64,000 nucleotides of DNA, taken from contig CAWCPV010000004.1 of NCBI GenBank assembly GCA_963797555.1, forward strand, positions 704,001-768,000. The letters run 5' to 3'. This document shows positions 10,459-23,128 of this stretch, piece by piece. Position numbers and translations under genes: made by a program. This stretch comes from an uncultured Gammaproteobacteria bacterium (GTDB lineage Bacteria; Pseudomonadota; Gammaproteobacteria; CAWCPV01). Each line of letters starts with the position of its first letter. Position 1 is the first letter of the stretch. Below the pieces are notes generated by a model, which was not told the DNA's origin, searched no databases, and saw only the letters and a list, made by a program, of their open reading frames with translations.

Positions 10459-10734
10459 ACGGTGCGCCCTCCGACAGGATTCAGCCTCCAGGCCGGCGCT
10501 GACCCATAGAGCAACCGGCCCTTGTCGCATAACAGGATAGCTTGACGACGCTCCCAAGGCTTAGGGGTTACCGGGAGTCTGGGCGTGTTGAGCCGGCGCT
10601 GTGGCCCCACCGGCGACCCCGAATATATTGATACTACAATCAGCGACGCTACCGGGCCGCTGAGCGCACAGCGTGGGCCGGGGGCGATGGCATCCGCAAA
10701 TTGGAGGACGTATCCCGACTATGCACCCCGTCAA

Positions 10735-10826
10735 GAAGGTTCTGAGCGCCGCCGCCGATACGGAACCAGCTCGGGTGCATGCGTCCGCTGGAAATAGCCT
10801 CGACGATCTCTGAGATGGGCTCCCGG
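10735..10826 (-). pseudogene. About 30-codon scrap of NADH-quinone oxidoreductase subunit C/D (nuoCD-like)
   Basis: [25 protein letters not shown] resembles the NuoD motif RMHPAWFRIGGVAQDL. Confidence 0.6.
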
Positions 10827-10878
10827 GCCACGCAGGGGATGATGCGGATGCTCCAGGTTGATTCTCCATGTTGTCGAT

Positions 10879-13407
10879 TTATCGCTGCCAAAGGATGCGA
10901 GGGGCTTCGAGAGGCACCGCCACACCTTGATGGTGCGGTATCACCCGCGGGGTATAGTCCGCTGCGGGACGCGTCGCCGAGACCTGGGCGCTATAGAGGT
11001 AGCCGTTGACGGTCCCGGCCAGCGGTCGGTCGCGCGTCATCTCTTGCCGCACCGCATCGCCGCCGTTCATCCCATCGGCGTAGAGCTCCACACGCACCGC
11101 CTCCGGGCTGAGGTCGTCGAGATAGACCTGAACCTCGACTCGGTGCTGACCTTCTTCGGCAGCAACCGTTATTTCCCCGAAGCGCAGCTTCGCCCACTCG
11201 TGCTCGATAGCATGCTCCCAGCTCGCCATCTGCACGCCGCTCGCACCCTTATCCGCCGCGCGCTCGCGGTAAGCGGCCGCCGCCGGGAGGTAATAGTGCT
11301 CGGTATACTCGCGCACCGTGCGGTTGGCGGAGAAGCGCGGCGTGAGGCGCGCCATGCTGCTGCGCATGCGCGCGACCCAGGCCCTGGGAATGCCGCTCGC
11401 ATCGCGGGCATAGAATTCCGGAATCACCTCCTGTTCGAGCAGCGCATAGAGCGCGTCGGCCTCGACCGCGTCCCAGGCCGGGTCCTCGCCATGCTCCTTG
11501 CCGTCACCGAGCGCCCAGCCTACCTCCGGTGTGTAGGCTTCCGCCCACCAGCCATCCAGCTCCGACAGGTTGAGGCCGCCGTTCACCAGGACCTTCATGC
11601 CGCTGGTGCCGCTCGCTTCCCAGGGACGGCGCGGGGTGTTCAGCCAAACGTCCACCCCCTGCACCAGCCGCTCGGTCAGAAGCATGTCGTAGTCGCTGAG
11701 GAACACGACGCGGCTGCGCGCGCCGCCTTGGCGGATGAAATGCACCCACTCCTGGACCATGGCCTGGCCCGGCCGGTCCGCCGGATGGGCCTTGCCGGCG
11801 ATGATGAGCTGCACGGGACGCTTCCGATCGGTCAGAATGCGCAGCAAGCGCCACGGGTCGTGCAGCAGCAGGTTCGGCCGTTTGTAGGTCGCAAAGCGCC
11901 GGGCGAAGCCTAACGTCAGCGCATCGGGATCGAAGAGGTGCCGCGCTAGATCCACCTCCGCCGGGGATCCCATGGTAGCGGCGAGATCCTGGGACAAGCG
12001 TTCGCGGACGTACGCGATGAGCGCATGGCGGGCGGCGGCGCGAAGCTGCCAGAGCCGAGCGTCGGGGATGCGGCGTATATCCTCGTCAAGAGTCTCCATG
12101 GTGCCCCGCCAGCGGGCCTTGCCACAGTCCCTGGTCCAAAGGTCGTCGGCCTCCGCGGAGTCCCAGCTCGGCACGTGCACGCCGTTGGTCACGTGTCCCA
12201 CCGGCACCTCGTCTTCGGGCCAGCGTGGAAAGAGGGGCTGGAAGAGGCGCCGGCTCACCTGTCCATGCAGCCGGCTCACCCCGTTCACCGCCCCGCTCCC
12301 GTGCAGGGCCAGGTAAGCCATGGTGAAAGGCTCCGATGCATCGCCCGGACTCTGGCGGCCGAGGCCCAGCAGCTCGTGCAGCGGGATGCCGAGCCTGTCG
12401 CTCGCGTATCTCCCGAGGTATTGCTCCACCAGGGAGGGCCAGAACCGGTCGAAACCGGCGGCCACCGGTGTGTGGGTGGTGAACAGGTTGCCCGCGCGCG
12501 TCACGGAGAGCGCGACCTGGAAAGGCTGGCCGGTCTCTTCCATGAAGCTCCTGGCACGCTCCAGCACGGCGAACGCAGCATGGCCCTCGTTCAGGTGGCA
12601 AACCTCGGGCCTCACGCCAAGCGCTCCCAGCAGGCGCCATCCGCCGATCCCGAGCACCAGCTCTTGCTTGAGCCGCAGCTCTGGTCCGCCTCCGTAAAGC
12701 TCACTGGTGATCCCTCGATGGGCCGGATAATTCGCTGCATCGTTGCTGTCCAGGAGGTAGAGCGTCACGCGGCCCACCTGGACCTGCCAGGCGCGCAGCC
12801 ACACCGAGTAGCCGGGCAATGCCAGCTCCAGCCGCAGCCACTCCCCGTTCGGCTCGCGCACGGGCAGGATGGGCAACTGCCCAGGGTCGTTATAGGGAAA
12901 CAGGGCTTGCTGCGCCCCGGCCTTGTCGATCACTTGGCGGAAATAGCCCTGCTGGTAGAGCAGCCCCACGCCCACTACCGGCACGCCCAGGTCGCTCGCG
13001 GCCTTGAGCTGGTCGCCCGCGACGTTGCCGAGCCCGCCCGAATAGATAGGGAGGGCCTCGCTCAGCATGAATTCCATGCTGAAGTACGCGATGGCGGTCA
13101 GAGGGGCCTGTGCGTGCGCTTGTTGAAACCAGGCGGGCGACTCCGCCGCGTCGCGCTTGGCACGCAACAGGCTTTCGACCGTATCCCGGAAGGCTGCATC
13201 GGCCGATACGCGCTCGAGCCGATCCCGGGAGACGGTTTGCAGCACGACCCAGGGGTTGTGGGTGAGGTCCCACAGCACGGGATCGAGCTGCCTCCAAACT
13301 TCGTCGGCCGCATGGTTCCATGACCAGCGCAGGTCCAGGGCCAGATCGGCGAGCCCCTCGAGGCCCTGAGGCAATGGTGGCATGAGGTACCACGGTGAGA
13401 CCGTCAT
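10879..13407 (-). CDS. glgP: Alpha-glucan (glycogen) phosphorylase
   Basis: [42 protein letters not shown] (PLP lysine). Confidence 0.95.
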   Translation of the reverse strand: MTVSPWYLMPPLPQGLEGLADLALDLRWSWNHAADEVWRQLDPVLWDLTHNPWVVLQTVSRDRLERVSADAAFRDTVESLLRAKRDAAESPAWFQQAHAQAPLTAIAYFSMEFMLSEALPIYSGGLGNVAGDQLKAASDLGVPVVGVGLLYQQGYFRQVIDKAGAQQALFPYNDPGQLPILPVREPNGEWLRLELALPGYSVWLRAWQVQVGRVTLYLLDSNDAANYPAHRGITSELYGGGPELRLKQELVLGIGGWRLLGALGVRPEVCHLNEGHAAFAVLERARSFMEETGQPFQVALSVTRAGNLFTTHTPVAAGFDRFWPSLVEQYLGRYASDRLGIPLHELLGLGRQSPGDASEPFTMAYLALHGSGAVNGVSRLHGQVSRRLFQPLFPRWPEDEVPVGHVTNGVHVPSWDSAEADDLWTRDCGKARWRGTMETLDEDIRRIPDARLWQLRAAARHALIAYVRERLSQDLAATMGSPAEVDLARHLFDPDALTLGFARRFATYKRPNLLLHDPWRLLRILTDRKRPVQLIIAGKAHPADRPGQAMVQEWVHFIRQGGARSRVVFLSDYDMLLTERLVQGVDVWLNTPRRPWEASGTSGMKVLVNGGLNLSELDGWWAEAYTPEVGWALGDGKEHGEDPAWDAVEADALYALLEQEVIPEFYARDASGIPRAWVARMRSSMARLTPRFSANRTVREYTEHYYLPAAAAYRERAADKGASGVQMASWEHAIEHEWAKLRFGEITVAAEEGQHRVEVQVYLDDLSPEAVRVELYADGMNGGDAVRQEMTRDRPLAGTVNGYLYSAQVSATRPAADYTPRVIPHHQGVAVPLEAPRILWQR

Positions 13408-13457
13408 GGGTCGCCCTCCTCGTCGGTGCAGCCGTGTTGCACCCGCCGGCGCTGGGC

Positions 13458-15122
13458 TCAGGGGGTGCGCTCAGGGACTGGCGCCGCGAGGGCGGCGTCG
13501 ACGATCGCCTGCGCCTCATCGAGGATGCGGCGCAGATGATCCTCGCCCCGGAAGCTCTCCGCATAGATCTTGTAGATGTCCTCTGTCCCCGACGGGCGCG
13601 CGGCGAACCATCCGCCCTCGGCGATCACCTTGAGCCCGCCGATGGGGGCGCCGTTGCCCGGTGCCTCGGTGAGGATGGTCTGGATTCTCTCGCCGGCGAG
13701 GTCGCTCAGTCGTACCTGCTCGGGAGAGAGTCTTTCCAGCCGCTCCTTCTGCGCCGGCGTGGCGGGCGCCTCCACCCGGTCGTAGAAGGGCTCCCCGAAT
13801 TCGCGCGTGAGCTCGCGGTAGACCTCTCCGGGATCGCGGCCCAGGCGCGCGGTGATCTCGGCCGAGAGCAGCGCCGGGACGATACCGTCCTTGTCCGTGG
13901 TCCACACCGTGCCGTCGAGCCGCAGGAAGGAAGCGCCTGCACTCTCCTCGCCCGCGAAGCCGAGCGAGCCGTCGAGCAGCCCCGCGACGAACCACTTGAA
14001 GCCGACCGGCACCTCGTACAGCTTGCGGCCAAGCTTCGCCGCCACGCGGTCGAGCATCTGGCTGCTCACCACGGTCTTGCCCACTGCCGTTTCCGAGCGC
14101 CACTGCGGGCGGTGCGAGAACAGATAGCGGACGGCGACCGAAAGGTAATGGTTCGGCGGTAGCAGGCCGGCGCTCCGGGTGACTATGCCGTGCCGGTCAT
14201 GGTCGGTGTCGCAGGCGAACGCGATGTCGAAGCGATCCTTGAGCCCGATCAGGCTCTGCATCGCGTAGGGCGAGGAGGGATCCATGCGGATCTTGCCGTC
14301 CCAGTCCACCGTCATGAAGCGGAAAGTCGGGTCGACGGCCTCGTTCACGACGGTGAGGTCGAGACCATAGCGTTCGGCGATCGACCCCCAGTAGTGCACG
14401 CCAGCACCGCCCAGCGGATCGACGCCGAGGCGGATCGCTGCGCCGCGGATTGCCTCCATGTCGATCACCGCGCCGAGATCGGCCACGTAGGCATCCAGGT
14501 ACCCGTGCCGATGGGTCGTGGGGGCGCGCAGCGCCTGCGGGAAAGAGACCCTTTTGACACCCTGCAGGCCGCCTTCCAGCAGCTCGTTCGCTACCGATTC
14601 GATCCGGCCGCTGACCTCGGGCTCTGCCGGTCCGCCATGGGACGGGTTGTACTTGAAGCCGCCGTCCTCGGGCGGATTGTGCGAGGGCGTGATCACGATG
14701 CCGTCCGCCAGTCCGGTCGCTCGTCCACGGTTGTAGGTCACGATGGCGTGGGAGACGGCAGGGGTCGGCGTGTATTCGTCGCCTGCCGCGATCATCACCT
14801 CGACTCCGTTCGCCGCGAGCACTTCGATCGCGCTCGCGAAGGCCGGAAAGGACAGCGCATGCGTGTCCCTGCCGAGAAAGAGCGGGCCGTCGTTGGCGTG
14901 CTGCGCGCGGTACAGGCAGATCGCCTGAGTGATGGCGAGGATATGCCGCTCGTTGAAGGCGCTTTCCAGCGAAGAGCCGCGGTGCCCCGAGGTGCCGAAT
15001 GCGATGCGCTGCGCAGGCACCGAAGGGTCGGGAGCCTCGGCGTAGTATGCCGTGACGAGCCTGGGCACATCGACCAGCATCGCGGGTCCGGCGGGCTTTC
15101 CTGCGAGAGGACTCACTTTCAT
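13458..15122 (-). CDS. pgm: Phosphoglucomutase
   Basis: FGTSGHRGSS, TPSHNPP, DTDHDRHG, GEESAG, RPSGTEDIYKIYAES. Confidence 0.97.
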   Translation of the reverse strand: MKVSPLAGKPAGPAMLVDVPRLVTAYYAEAPDPSVPAQRIAFGTSGHRGSSLESAFNERHILAITQAICLYRAQHANDGPLFLGRDTHALSFPAFASAIEVLAANGVEVMIAAGDEYTPTPAVSHAIVTYNRGRATGLADGIVITPSHNPPEDGGFKYNPSHGGPAEPEVSGRIESVANELLEGGLQGVKRVSFPQALRAPTTHRHGYLDAYVADLGAVIDMEAIRGAAIRLGVDPLGGAGVHYWGSIAERYGLDLTVVNEAVDPTFRFMTVDWDGKIRMDPSSPYAMQSLIGLKDRFDIAFACDTDHDRHGIVTRSAGLLPPNHYLSVAVRYLFSHRPQWRSETAVGKTVVSSQMLDRVAAKLGRKLYEVPVGFKWFVAGLLDGSLGFAGEESAGASFLRLDGTVWTTDKDGIVPALLSAEITARLGRDPGEVYRELTREFGEPFYDRVEAPATPAQKERLERLSPEQVRLSDLAGERIQTILTEAPGNGAPIGGLKVIAEGGWFAARPSGTEDIYKIYAESFRGEDHLRRILDEAQAIVDAALAAPVPERTP

Positions 15123-16242
15123 CGTCCGATCTCCTGAAGCGGACGGAACGCGCGCGTGCCATCAGTCGTCGGTGCAGAGCGCCGCGCACGGTCGCAATTG
15201 TTTAGTGCCCAGACTTCCGGCGATCATATTTTCTCGCTGGAAATCTGGCTCTCGAATAGACTGCCATGGGCCGAATCTGACAGCGCCCGAACCTGACTTT
15301 GCCTTTTTCGTTCGTGAACTTGAACGTGTTCACGCCAAAATTACGATACCGTCCCGCAAGTTACGGGAGGCTGAACCTGCGTCTCCAGAAATGTCTTGGC
15401 AATGGCCGCCCAAATAGGTGTCGAGCGGCGTTGGCTTGGCGACACCAGGCCCTCTGGTCAGGTTATCCCCGCGAATCGTAAACTACGTCTTGCCGTCCAC
15501 GGCCCGACCGGATACCTTGAGGTTCATGGGCTGCAACTGCGCGACCTAGACGGCGTCCACCGCTGATCGTGAGGGGGAAAGCCGTGAGGGGGAAGGCATA
15601 GCGGCGATCGCCGCGGCAGCGAACAGTGTTCGAAGCACAGGTGCTTGCCGTGGGCCGCGCACGTTTTCAATAGCCGACATGACAGCTAAGAAGAATAGCA
15701 GGTCCGACGGGCCTGGCGCTGCCCACACCCGAAGGGCGAGGAAGCGACTAAGCCCATCAGCCCTGCGTCGTGCTCCCCCGATGATGATTTGGACGAGTCT
15801 GCAGGCCCCGCTGTTTCAGCATGCCTCCCGCGCGCGATGCCTGTACTTCCAATGGGGCGCACCCTGTGCGCCTGTGATCCTGCACTCGGCGGTGTGCCCG
15901 AGTCGGGCCCCGTAAATGGAACCGTCACGACACGGTAACACGGCACCCCCATACCAACCGGTTGTGCGCGCGGTGCGACGGGAGTGACGACCTCTGCGCG
16001 GGTTGCATCGGTTGGCGTAGACTCCTCGGGCCTTAGCCATCTCTCCAACGGATCACCGATACGCCGTCCGGAGAAGGTCACCACGCGGCCCAAGCCCAAC
16101 CCCTACGGTGGCAAACGTGTGCACGGCATGCCTCACGGCGAGCCAGGTCAAAGCGTCGACTCCCCGCACTGTTGCGGGAGCGGGCGCGTGCCTGACCGCA
16201 ACACCGTTCAACGCGGCCGTTCTCCCGCACCGGAGGAAGTGA

Positions 16243-17190
16243 ATGCTGAATGCCTTTGCGGTACGCGACGGGCGCCTCGAGCAGATGCGCGTCGAGCAGA
16301 TGGAGCATCTCACCGAGGAGGCCCTCTGGATCGATCTCGACAGCCCGAGCGACGACGAGCGCGAGTGGGTCGAGCAGGTCTACGGTCAATACCTGCCGAC
16401 TCCAGAGGAGATGGCCGAGATCGAGGCCAGCGCCCGCTTCTACGAAGACGAGCACGGGCTGCATATCCACTCGTATTTCCTGCACGACTTCGACGGCCAA
16501 CCGCGCAACATCACGATTGCCTTCACCTTGCACAACGGGCGGCTGTTCACGATCCACGAGGTCGACTTGGTGACGTTCCGCGTGTTTCGCATGCGCGCGC
16601 GGCGCCAACCCCACCTCGCGCAGGACGCGACTTCCGTGATGCTGGGGCTGTTCGAAGTCAAGGTGGAGCGGCTGGCCGACATCCTGGAGCAGCTCTATGC
16701 AGACCTCGAGAAGCTGAGCCTCGTCGTGTTCGGAGCGGCAGAAAGAGACATGGAGCAGGTGCTCTCTGCGATGGCCAAGAGCGAGGACACCAACGGCAAG
16801 GCGCGTCTCAGTTTGATGGACAAGCAGCGCGTGCTCTCCTTCCTGCTCAAGACCAACACGCTGAACGCCGTTCAGACCGAAGCGTCACGCGAAATCCTGA
16901 ACGACATCAAGTCGCTGATGTCGCACTCGGCGTTTCTGTTCGAGAAGGTCGATTTCCTCATGGAGGCGGCCATGGGCATCATCAATATCGAGCAGAACAA
17001 GATCATCAAGATCTTCTCTATCGCCGCGGTCGTGCTCCTGCCACCTACGCTCATCGCAAGCATTTACGGGATGAACTTCAAGCACATGCCGGAGCTGAGC
17101 GCGGACTGGGGTTACCCGGTGTCGCTGAGCCTGATGGTCCTGTCCGCCATCCTGCCCTACTGGTACTTCAAGAAGAAGCGCTGGCTCTGA
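16243..17190 (+). CDS. corA: Magnesium/cobalt transporter CorA
   Basis: EIEASARFYED, YGMNF signature, MPEL and two C-terminal TM helices; GGAGG RBS. Confidence 0.97.
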   Translation: MLNAFAVRDGRLEQMRVEQMEHLTEEALWIDLDSPSDDEREWVEQVYGQYLPTPEEMAEIEASARFYEDEHGLHIHSYFLHDFDGQPRNITIAFTLHNGRLFTIHEVDLVTFRVFRMRARRQPHLAQDATSVMLGLFEVKVERLADILEQLYADLEKLSLVVFGAAERDMEQVLSAMAKSEDTNGKARLSLMDKQRVLSFLLKTNTLNAVQTEASREILNDIKSLMSHSAFLFEKVDFLMEAAMGIINIEQNKIIKIFSIAAVVLLPPTLIASIYGMNFKHMPELSADWGYPVSLSLMVLSAILPYWYFKKKRWL

Positions 17191-17249
17191 GCGCTGTGAA
17201 CAAAACTGTGGACAGATCTCCCTTCATTGGCAGTCGCGCGTCGTGGCCT

Positions 17250-17337
17250 TCCGCGCGCACCGGAGTGAAAATCACGTAGCGGCACAGCGCCAAGAGGTAG
17301 GCGTTTTGATCCAGGAGAATCGCCTCGTAGCGCCCGG
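17250..17337 (-). pseudogene. Scrap of a REP-associated tyrosine transposase (RAYT)
   Basis: GRYEAILLDQNAYLLALCRYVIFTPVRA resembles the RAYT motif GRYKAILVD..YLL.L.RYI.LNPVRA. Confidence 0.7.
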
Positions 17338-17352
17338 ACTCCTGATGCCGCT

Positions 17353-20300
17353 TCAGGCGCCCCGACCGAGGTAGGCGCGCAGCTTCGGGGACGCGCTGCG
17401 CCGCAGCAGCGCGTTGCGAGCCTCCCACTCCGCCGCGCCGGCGAGGCTTTCGAAGAAGCGCACCTCCTTGGCCACCAGCGCGGCGAGGGGAATACCGTCG
17501 CGGTAGAGCACGCGGTTGGAGGTCAGGGCCGGGATGCGGGCACCGGGGGTGACGATGCCGGTGAGGTTGAGGGGATCGGCCGCGCTGATCGAGATCAGAT
17601 TCCCCTCCCCACCCTTGCGGCGCAGGTCGCGGAGCATTCCGACGGCCTCCACCAGAGCATACTGCTCGCCCGAGAACCCGCCCACGAAGCGCCCACCCCG
17701 GATCTCGCCGCGCGCCTCCAGGCGCCGGTAAGTACCCAGCAGGTCGCGCCAGGGCGGCAGCAGCGTCTCGCGCTCCAGCAGGCGGCGGAACACCACGCCG
17801 TAACGGCGCAGCAGCGCGCGGGCGACGTGTTCCATGTCTTGCGGGTCGAGGCACCTGGCGCCGGGAACGGGCGCTGCGGACGGCCTTGCCTCCGCCGGCC
17901 CGCCTGGCGGGATATCGGGCTCGGGGCGCAGCCTCACCCAGCGCCCGGCGTCCTCGACGCCGAAGGCGACGGTGCGTATCTTGCGCCGCCCGCCGGCGAT
18001 GAGCCGCCGCTGCTCTGAAGGCACCAGCAGCGCGCGCAGTCCGCTGAAGCTGTCGGCGCTCACCAGTCCCCAGGCGACGAGCTCTCCGAGGGCGCTCTCC
18101 GCCTGCGTGCGCAGCAGCCCCGTCCCCTCGACCAGCACCTCGAAGAAGGTGGCACCGTGCGCCGCCAGATAGTCGGCAACGGCCCGCGCGCCGGCGGACA
18201 GGCGCACATCGTCGGTTCCCCCGCCCTGCACCGCGAGTGCCTGCCAGAGCGGCAGGTTGCGGCGGTTCAGCAGCGCGATCGGCGTCGCCCGCACCGGCCC
18301 AGCGCTGCGCTCCTGTGCGGGTCGCGGAGGGGAAAGGCGTGCCCAGGCGATCCTACCGGAGAGACACAGGGTATCGAGCCAGGACGCGTCGTACTCCTTG
18401 AGCCGCGCGGGCAGGATCTCGCTCTCCCAGGCCACCGCCGGAGCCTCGAAGCCCTCGAGCTGCTCCAGCACGCCTCCCAGCCCGGACTGCGCCTCAGCCT
18501 GGTAGCCGGGCGCGACCCGCTGCCAGGCGAGCAGGAAGCGCATGAAATCCGCCGCCGAGACCGGCTCGATCTCCTGGCGCAGCCGGTGCAGCGTGTAGCG
18601 GTGGATGCGCGCGAGCAGTCCCCGCTCGCACCACTCCGTGTCGACGCGGCCCGGGGTGAACCGGCCACGCAGCACGAAACCCTCGGACTCCAGCGCGAGC
18701 AGCGCCGCTTCGATATCGCCCACAGGGAGACCGGCAGACCGGGCCAGGGCGGTGGCGGTGGTCGGTCCGAGCCCCTCCAGCCGACCGCGCAGCAGCTCGA
18801 CCAGCGCCTGCTCGCGAGTCCAGCCCTTGGCGAGGGCGGCGGGGGCGCCGATGGGCGGGTCCAGATCCGCGTCCCCGAACACGGCCGCGAGCTGCGGCAG
18901 CCGCTCCGCGGCCACCCAGAGCGGCGGGGCGTCACCAGCGCGATCGAGCACCGCGGCACGGCGTTCGGCCCCCAGCTCGCGCAGCAGTTCCGGCCAGCCA
19001 CTTTCGCGCTCCCCCTCTTCCGCGGTGACGAATCCCAGCAGCATCAGCGCATCGTGCAGCTCGTCCGCCGTGACCGCCTCGGGCCAGGCCTCGCCGCGCA
19101 CCCGCTCGATGGCCTCGGGATCGAGCGCTCCGAAGGCCGCTGCGGTATCGGGATCCAGCCAGCGGCGGCTCTGCACCGCCAGAGTGCGGCGCTCCTCCAG
19201 CGGGGCGTCGTCCAGAAAGGCGTAGGGCTTGGCGCTGAGGATCTCCTGGGCGAGCGGCGAGGGCTCCGGGAGGTCGCGTGTGACCACCCGGATCTCGCCG
19301 CCTTCCAGCCGCCGCAGGACGCCCTCCAGACCGTCGATGTCCATGGCTTCGGTGAAACAGTCGCGGATGGTCTGCCGCACCAGAGGATGGTCCGGAACCT
19401 CGCGCTGGCCGGCGGTGTTCTCGATGCAGGCGCGCTGATCGGGGAAAACCACGGACACCAGGTCCTCGGCATCCATGCGCTGCAGCCGGGCGGGCACCTT
19501 GCGGCCGTTGCGGAACCGCACCACCGCGAGTGCACAGCTCGCGTTCCACCGCCAGCGCACGGTGAACATGGGGGCATCCAGCAGCGCCTGCACCAGCACC
19601 TCGCGCACGCTGGAGGAGTGCAGGTAGCCCATCACCTCGTCCAGCGGGAAGCTGTGCGTCGCCCCGAGCGAGAGGATGATGGCGTCCTCCGTGGCCGCCG
19701 CCTGCAGCTCGAAGTTGAACTTGCGGCAGAAGCGCTTGCGCAGCGCCAGACCCCACGCGCGGTTGATGCGGTTGCCTAAGGGCGCGTGGATGACGAGCTG
19801 CATGCCGCCGCTCTCGTCGAAGAAGCGCTCCAGCACCAGCGTGTCCTGTGTGGGCATCGCGCCGAGCGCGCCCTGCGCGGCGGCGAGGTAGTCCACGAGC
19901 TGACTGGCGGCGCCAGGAGACAGGCCCGGGTCCTGCTCCAGCCCATGGATGGCAGCCTCTCGGGAAGCCGGGGTCCCGGCCCCCTCGCCCACGGCCTGCG
20001 CGATCCCGGTCCGCAGCCGCGACACCGCATGCGACAGCTCGCGGCTCCGCGCCGGCGCCTCGCCGAACCAGAACGGAATGCTGGGCGGCTGGCCGCGAGC
20101 GTCCTCGACCCTGACCTTGCCGCCTTCGATCTTGAGGATGCGCCAGGAGCTGTTGCCGAGCTGGAAGATATCGCCCGGCAGGCTCTCGATGGCGAAATCC
20201 TCGTTCAGCGTACCGATGAAGGTGCCGGCCGGCTCCAGCACCACGTCGTAGTCGGCGTTGTCGGGGATGGCCCCGCCGTTGGTGATGGCGATTAGGCGCG

Positions 20301-21750
20301 CGCCGCGCCGCCCGCGCAGCCTCCCGTTGACGGCATCGCGGTGGAGATAGGCGCCGCGCCGCCCGCGCCGGGTGGTGAAGCCCTCCGCCAGCATCTGGAC
20401 GACGCCCTCGAACGCCTCGCGCGGAAGCTCCCGATACGGATAGGCGCGGCGCACGCGCTCGTACAGGGCACCCTCCTCCCATTCCTCGCAGGCGACCATC
20501 GCGATCACTTGCTGCGCCAGGACATCCAGCGGCTGCGTGGGGATGGCAAGCCGGTCCAGCTCCCCGCGGCGCACCGCATCGAGCATGGCCGTGCACTCGA
20601 TCAGCTCGTCGCGGCTGAGCGGAAAGATGCGGCCCTTGGGCAGAGCGCCCACGGCATGGCCCGAGCGCCCGACGCGCTGGAGGAACTGTGCGATGGAGCG
20701 GGTGGAGCCGAGCTGGCATACGAGGTCGATGTCGCCGATGTCGATGCCGAGCTCCAGGGAGGCGGTCGCCACCAGCGCCCGCAGCTCGCCGGACTTGAGC
20801 CGCTGCTCGGCGAGCAGCCGCCGCTCCTTGGCCAGGCTGCCGTGGTGCGAGGTGACGTGCTGCTCGCCGATGCGCTCGCTGAGGTGCCGCGTCACGCGCT
20901 CCGCCATGCGCCGGGTATTGACGAACACCAGCGTGGTGCGATGAGCTTGGATCAGCTCGGCGAGGCGGTCGTACACCTCCGCGCGCACCTCGGCCGACAT
21001 CACCGCCTCCAGCGGGGAGCCGGGAACCTCGATGGCCAGATCGCGATCGCGGATATGGCCGGAATCGATGATTGCGCACTCCGACGAGGAGCTTGCGCTC
21101 CCCACCAGAAACCGCGCCACCTCCTCGACGGGATGCTGCGTGGCCGACAGCCCGATGCGTACCAGCCCCGGTCCGGTCAGAGCCTCCAGGCGCTCCAGCG
21201 TGAGCGCCAAGTGCGAGCCGCGCTTGGCTCCGGCGACGGCATGGATCTCGTCGACGATGACCGTGCGCGTCGTCGCCAGCATCCTGCGCCCGCCGTCGCT
21301 GGTAAGCAGGATATAAAGCGATTCGGGCGTGGTCACCACGATGTGCGGCGGGCGGCGCAGCATGGCCTGGCGCACCGCCGGGGGGGTGTCCCCGGTGCGC
21401 ACCAGGGTGCGGATGGCGACATCGGGATAGCCGCCCGCGGCCAGCTCCTGCCGGATGCCTTCCAGCGGAGCCTCGAGGTTGCGCTGGATGTCGTTGCTGA
21501 GCGCCTTGAGCGGAGAGACGTAGACGACCTGGGTGGCGTCGAGCAGCGTTGCGACCTCTCCCTGCCGCACCAGGTCGTCGATGGCGGCGAGAAACGACGC
21601 CAGGGTCTTGCCGGACCCGGTGGGGGCGGCGATGAGCGTGTGCCGCCGCGCCTGGATCGCGGGCCAGGCGGCAGTCTGCGGGGCGGTGGGCTGCGGGAAG
21701 TTCCTGCCGAACCAGGCAGCCACCGCCGGGTGGAAGGCGCGCAGTACCAT
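17353..21750 (-). CDS. lhr: Lhr-like DEAD/DEAH-box helicase
   Basis: [45 protein letters not shown] and C-terminal RGGRFV..GEQY. Confidence 0.92.
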   Translation of the reverse strand: MVLRAFHPAVAAWFGRNFPQPTAPQTAAWPAIQARRHTLIAAPTGSGKTLASFLAAIDDLVRQGEVATLLDATQVVYVSPLKALSNDIQRNLEAPLEGIRQELAAGGYPDVAIRTLVRTGDTPPAVRQAMLRRPPHIVVTTPESLYILLTSDGGRRMLATTRTVIVDEIHAVAGAKRGSHLALTLERLEALTGPGLVRIGLSATQHPVEEVARFLVGSASSSSECAIIDSGHIRDRDLAIEVPGSPLEAVMSAEVRAEVYDRLAELIQAHRTTLVFVNTRRMAERVTRHLSERIGEQHVTSHHGSLAKERRLLAEQRLKSGELRALVATASLELGIDIGDIDLVCQLGSTRSIAQFLQRVGRSGHAVGALPKGRIFPLSRDELIECTAMLDAVRRGELDRLAIPTQPLDVLAQQVIAMVACEEWEEGALYERVRRAYPYRELPREAFEGVVQMLAEGFTTRRGRRGAYLHRDAVNGRLRGRRGARLIAITNGGAIPDNADYDVVLEPAGTFIGTLNEDFAIESLPGDIFQLGNSSWRILKIEGGKVRVEDARGQPPSIPFWFGEAPARSRELSHAVSRLRTGIAQAVGEGAGTPASREAAIHGLEQDPGLSPGAASQLVDYLAAAQGALGAMPTQDTLVLERFFDESGGMQLVIHAPLGNRINRAWGLALRKRFCRKFNFELQAAATEDAIILSLGATHSFPLDEVMGYLHSSSVREVLVQALLDAPMFTVRWRWNASCALAVVRFRNGRKVPARLQRMDAEDLVSVVFPDQRACIENTAGQREVPDHPLVRQTIRDCFTEAMDIDGLEGVLRRLEGGEIRVVTRDLPEPSPLAQEILSAKPYAFLDDAPLEERRTLAVQSRRWLDPDTAAAFGALDPEAIERVRGEAWPEAVTADELHDALMLLGFVTAEEGERESGWPELLRELGAERRAAVLDRAGDAPPLWVAAERLPQLAAVFGDADLDPPIGAPAALAKGWTREQALVELLRGRLEGLGPTTATALARSAGLPVGDIEAALLALESEGFVLRGRFTPGRVDTEWCERGLLARIHRYTLHRLRQEIEPVSAADFMRFLLAWQRVAPGYQAEAQSGLGGVLEQLEGFEAPAVAWESEILPARLKEYDASWLDTLCLSGRIAWARLSPPRPAQERSAGPVRATPIALLNRRNLPLWQALAVQGGGTDDVRLSAGARAVADYLAAHGATFFEVLVEGTGLLRTQAESALGELVAWGLVSADSFSGLRALLVPSEQRRLIAGGRRKIRTVAFGVEDAGRWVRLRPEPDIPPGGPAEARPSAAPVPGARCLDPQDMEHVARALLRRYGVVFRRLLERETLLPPWRDLLGTYRRLEARGEIRGGRFVGGFSGEQYALVEAVGMLRDLRRKGGEGNLISISAADPLNLTGIVTPGARIPALTSNRVLYRDGIPLAALVAKEVRFFESLAGAAEWEARNALLRRSASPKLRAYLGRGA

Positions 21751-21959
21751 ACCGCATCAGTAAATCATTTATCGGGGATCGGGAGAAGAGGACCGGCCGA
21801 GGAATGGCGGGGTGGGGCCATAATCGAGAGCAGGGTCAGCAACCTTGAACCTAAATTCGGCAGTTGACCGAGGCCATGAATCGCTTAAAGCCAGTATTGG
21901 TGCGGCATTCCGAGGCTTTCGAGCAGCTGCGGAGCAGTTACTTTTGGGTGATGCCCGAG

Positions 21960-22004
21960 TCATAAGGACGGGACGGGCGTGCCCTGGTCAAACAGTACGC
22001 GCAC
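21960..22004 (-). pseudogene. Stub of a DUF5615 PIN-like toxin
   Basis: GTG-initiated MRVLFDQGTPVP directly after the DUF433 stop, followed by a premature TGA. Confidence 0.65.
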
Positions 22005-22226
22005 TCAAGCGGAGGCCAGCGCGCTTTGCGCTGCATGTTCTAGAACGGCGCGCACTTGTTCGAGTGAAACGCCGGGAAACCATTGCACGAACTCGGCAAC
22101 CTGCGCACCGTCCTCCAAGTTCTCGAACAGCGCCGCTATGGGCACCCGCGTGCCGCGGAACACCCACGCCCCACTGACGCGCACCGGGTCCCGCTCCACG
22201 GCAGGACAAGTCGACCAATCAATCAT
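22005..22226 (-). CDS. DUF433-domain antitoxin
   Basis: DPVRVSGAWVFRGTRVPIAALFENLEDGA..FPGVSLEQVRAVL. Confidence 0.9.
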   Translation of the reverse strand: MIDWSTCPAVERDPVRVSGAWVFRGTRVPIAALFENLEDGAQVAEFVQWFPGVSLEQVRAVLEHAAQSALASA

Positions 22227-22559
22227 GAGAAGATGGTAGCACTCCGCCTCTCGGATGGCTGTTATGAGAATAACGCCGGCGGACGGACACAGTCGCCACC
22301 AGCGCCCGCTGGTGAGCGCCGCCGGAGACCCAGGCCGCGCCAGTCATATCATCCTAAAAAACGCAGTTGCCCTTCGAAATTGAGCTGAAAGCCTTATGTG
22401 GCGCGGCTTCCGGCGCGAAGACGCTAAATGCGGAGCAGTTGGAACAGTTCTTGATAAATCAGATACATACATTCCAACTGCCGTTTTTAGGATCATTCAC
22501 AAACCTAGCGCCGCGACGACCCCGACGCTCGCGCGGCGAAGCAATCGCCTTGCCGTTGG

Positions 22560-22685
22560 TTATGCGTACATCAACCGGCCTTTGGGCTGCGGGATCGGAC
22601 GACCAAGCTTGCGAGCCGCTGCGATCCGCTCCTCAATGACCTGCCGGGCGTTGGCCACAGCCTGCTCGTAGGTCTTGCCGTCGGC
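22560..22685 (-). pseudogene. HicB-family antitoxin, C-terminal fragment
   Basis: ADGKTYEQAVANARQVIEE..GRPIPQPKGRLMYA; the 5' part is replaced by IS200 sequence. Confidence 0.75.
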
Positions 22686-22928
22686 CAGCGGATGTGGGCG
22701 CGGCGCTACTTTGCGTGTAGCACGGGCAACGTGACGGACGACATGATCCAGGCTTACATCGAGGGTCATACCGAGACCGAAGATCGGTTTCAGGTAGTTG
22801 AGGGGGGCGACTTGGAGTCGCAATGAACCGCCTTGGGGCGGGTGGTTTGCAGCGGGCTTCAGCCGGAACCGGCACTTACAATGCCCAACTCAAGCCACAC
22901 CGGCTTGTAGCCGGTGGTGACGTTGACT
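22683..22928 (+). mobile_element. IS200/IS605 remnant: TnpA C-terminus plus right-end hairpin
   Basis: GQRMWARRYFACSTGNVTDDMIQAYIE stops at 22826; hairpin CACCGGCT-TGT-AGCCGGTG at 22898-22916. Confidence 0.8.
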
Positions 22929-23118
22929 CCCAAGGGAGTGGCGAGCGCAAACGCTTGGGCCTCGCGGTCGAGGTCGCCAAGGGTGGCACCGGGCTCCACG
23001 TATGCGCGCCGCGCCTTGGGATCGACCCTCACCGAGATGCATGGGCAAGAGGTCGACCATGAGACCGCCCTCACACACGGCATTGCCGGCAATGCCGTGA
23101 GCGCCCCCGCGCACGGCG
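22915..23118 (-). pseudogene. Internal fragment of an FAD-binding (VAO/BBE-type) oxidoreductase
   Basis: VRGGAHGIAGNAVCEGGLMVDL, frameshift, then VRVDPKARRAYVEPGATLGDLDREAQAFALATPLGVN. Confidence 0.75.
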
Positions 23119-23128
23119 GGCTGGCGGG

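Noticed and set aside
15190-16240. Mg-sensing leader, small ORFs, or the CAACCGGTTG palindrome (15955-15964) upstream of corA
   Set aside because: No recognisable riboswitch or protein motif; a single 10-bp palindrome is expected by chance.
22500-22566. Integron attC site after the HicB fragment (also considered after the ParE stop near 2110)
   Set aside because: A TAAC box is present, but there is no complementary GTTRRRY box and no integrase.
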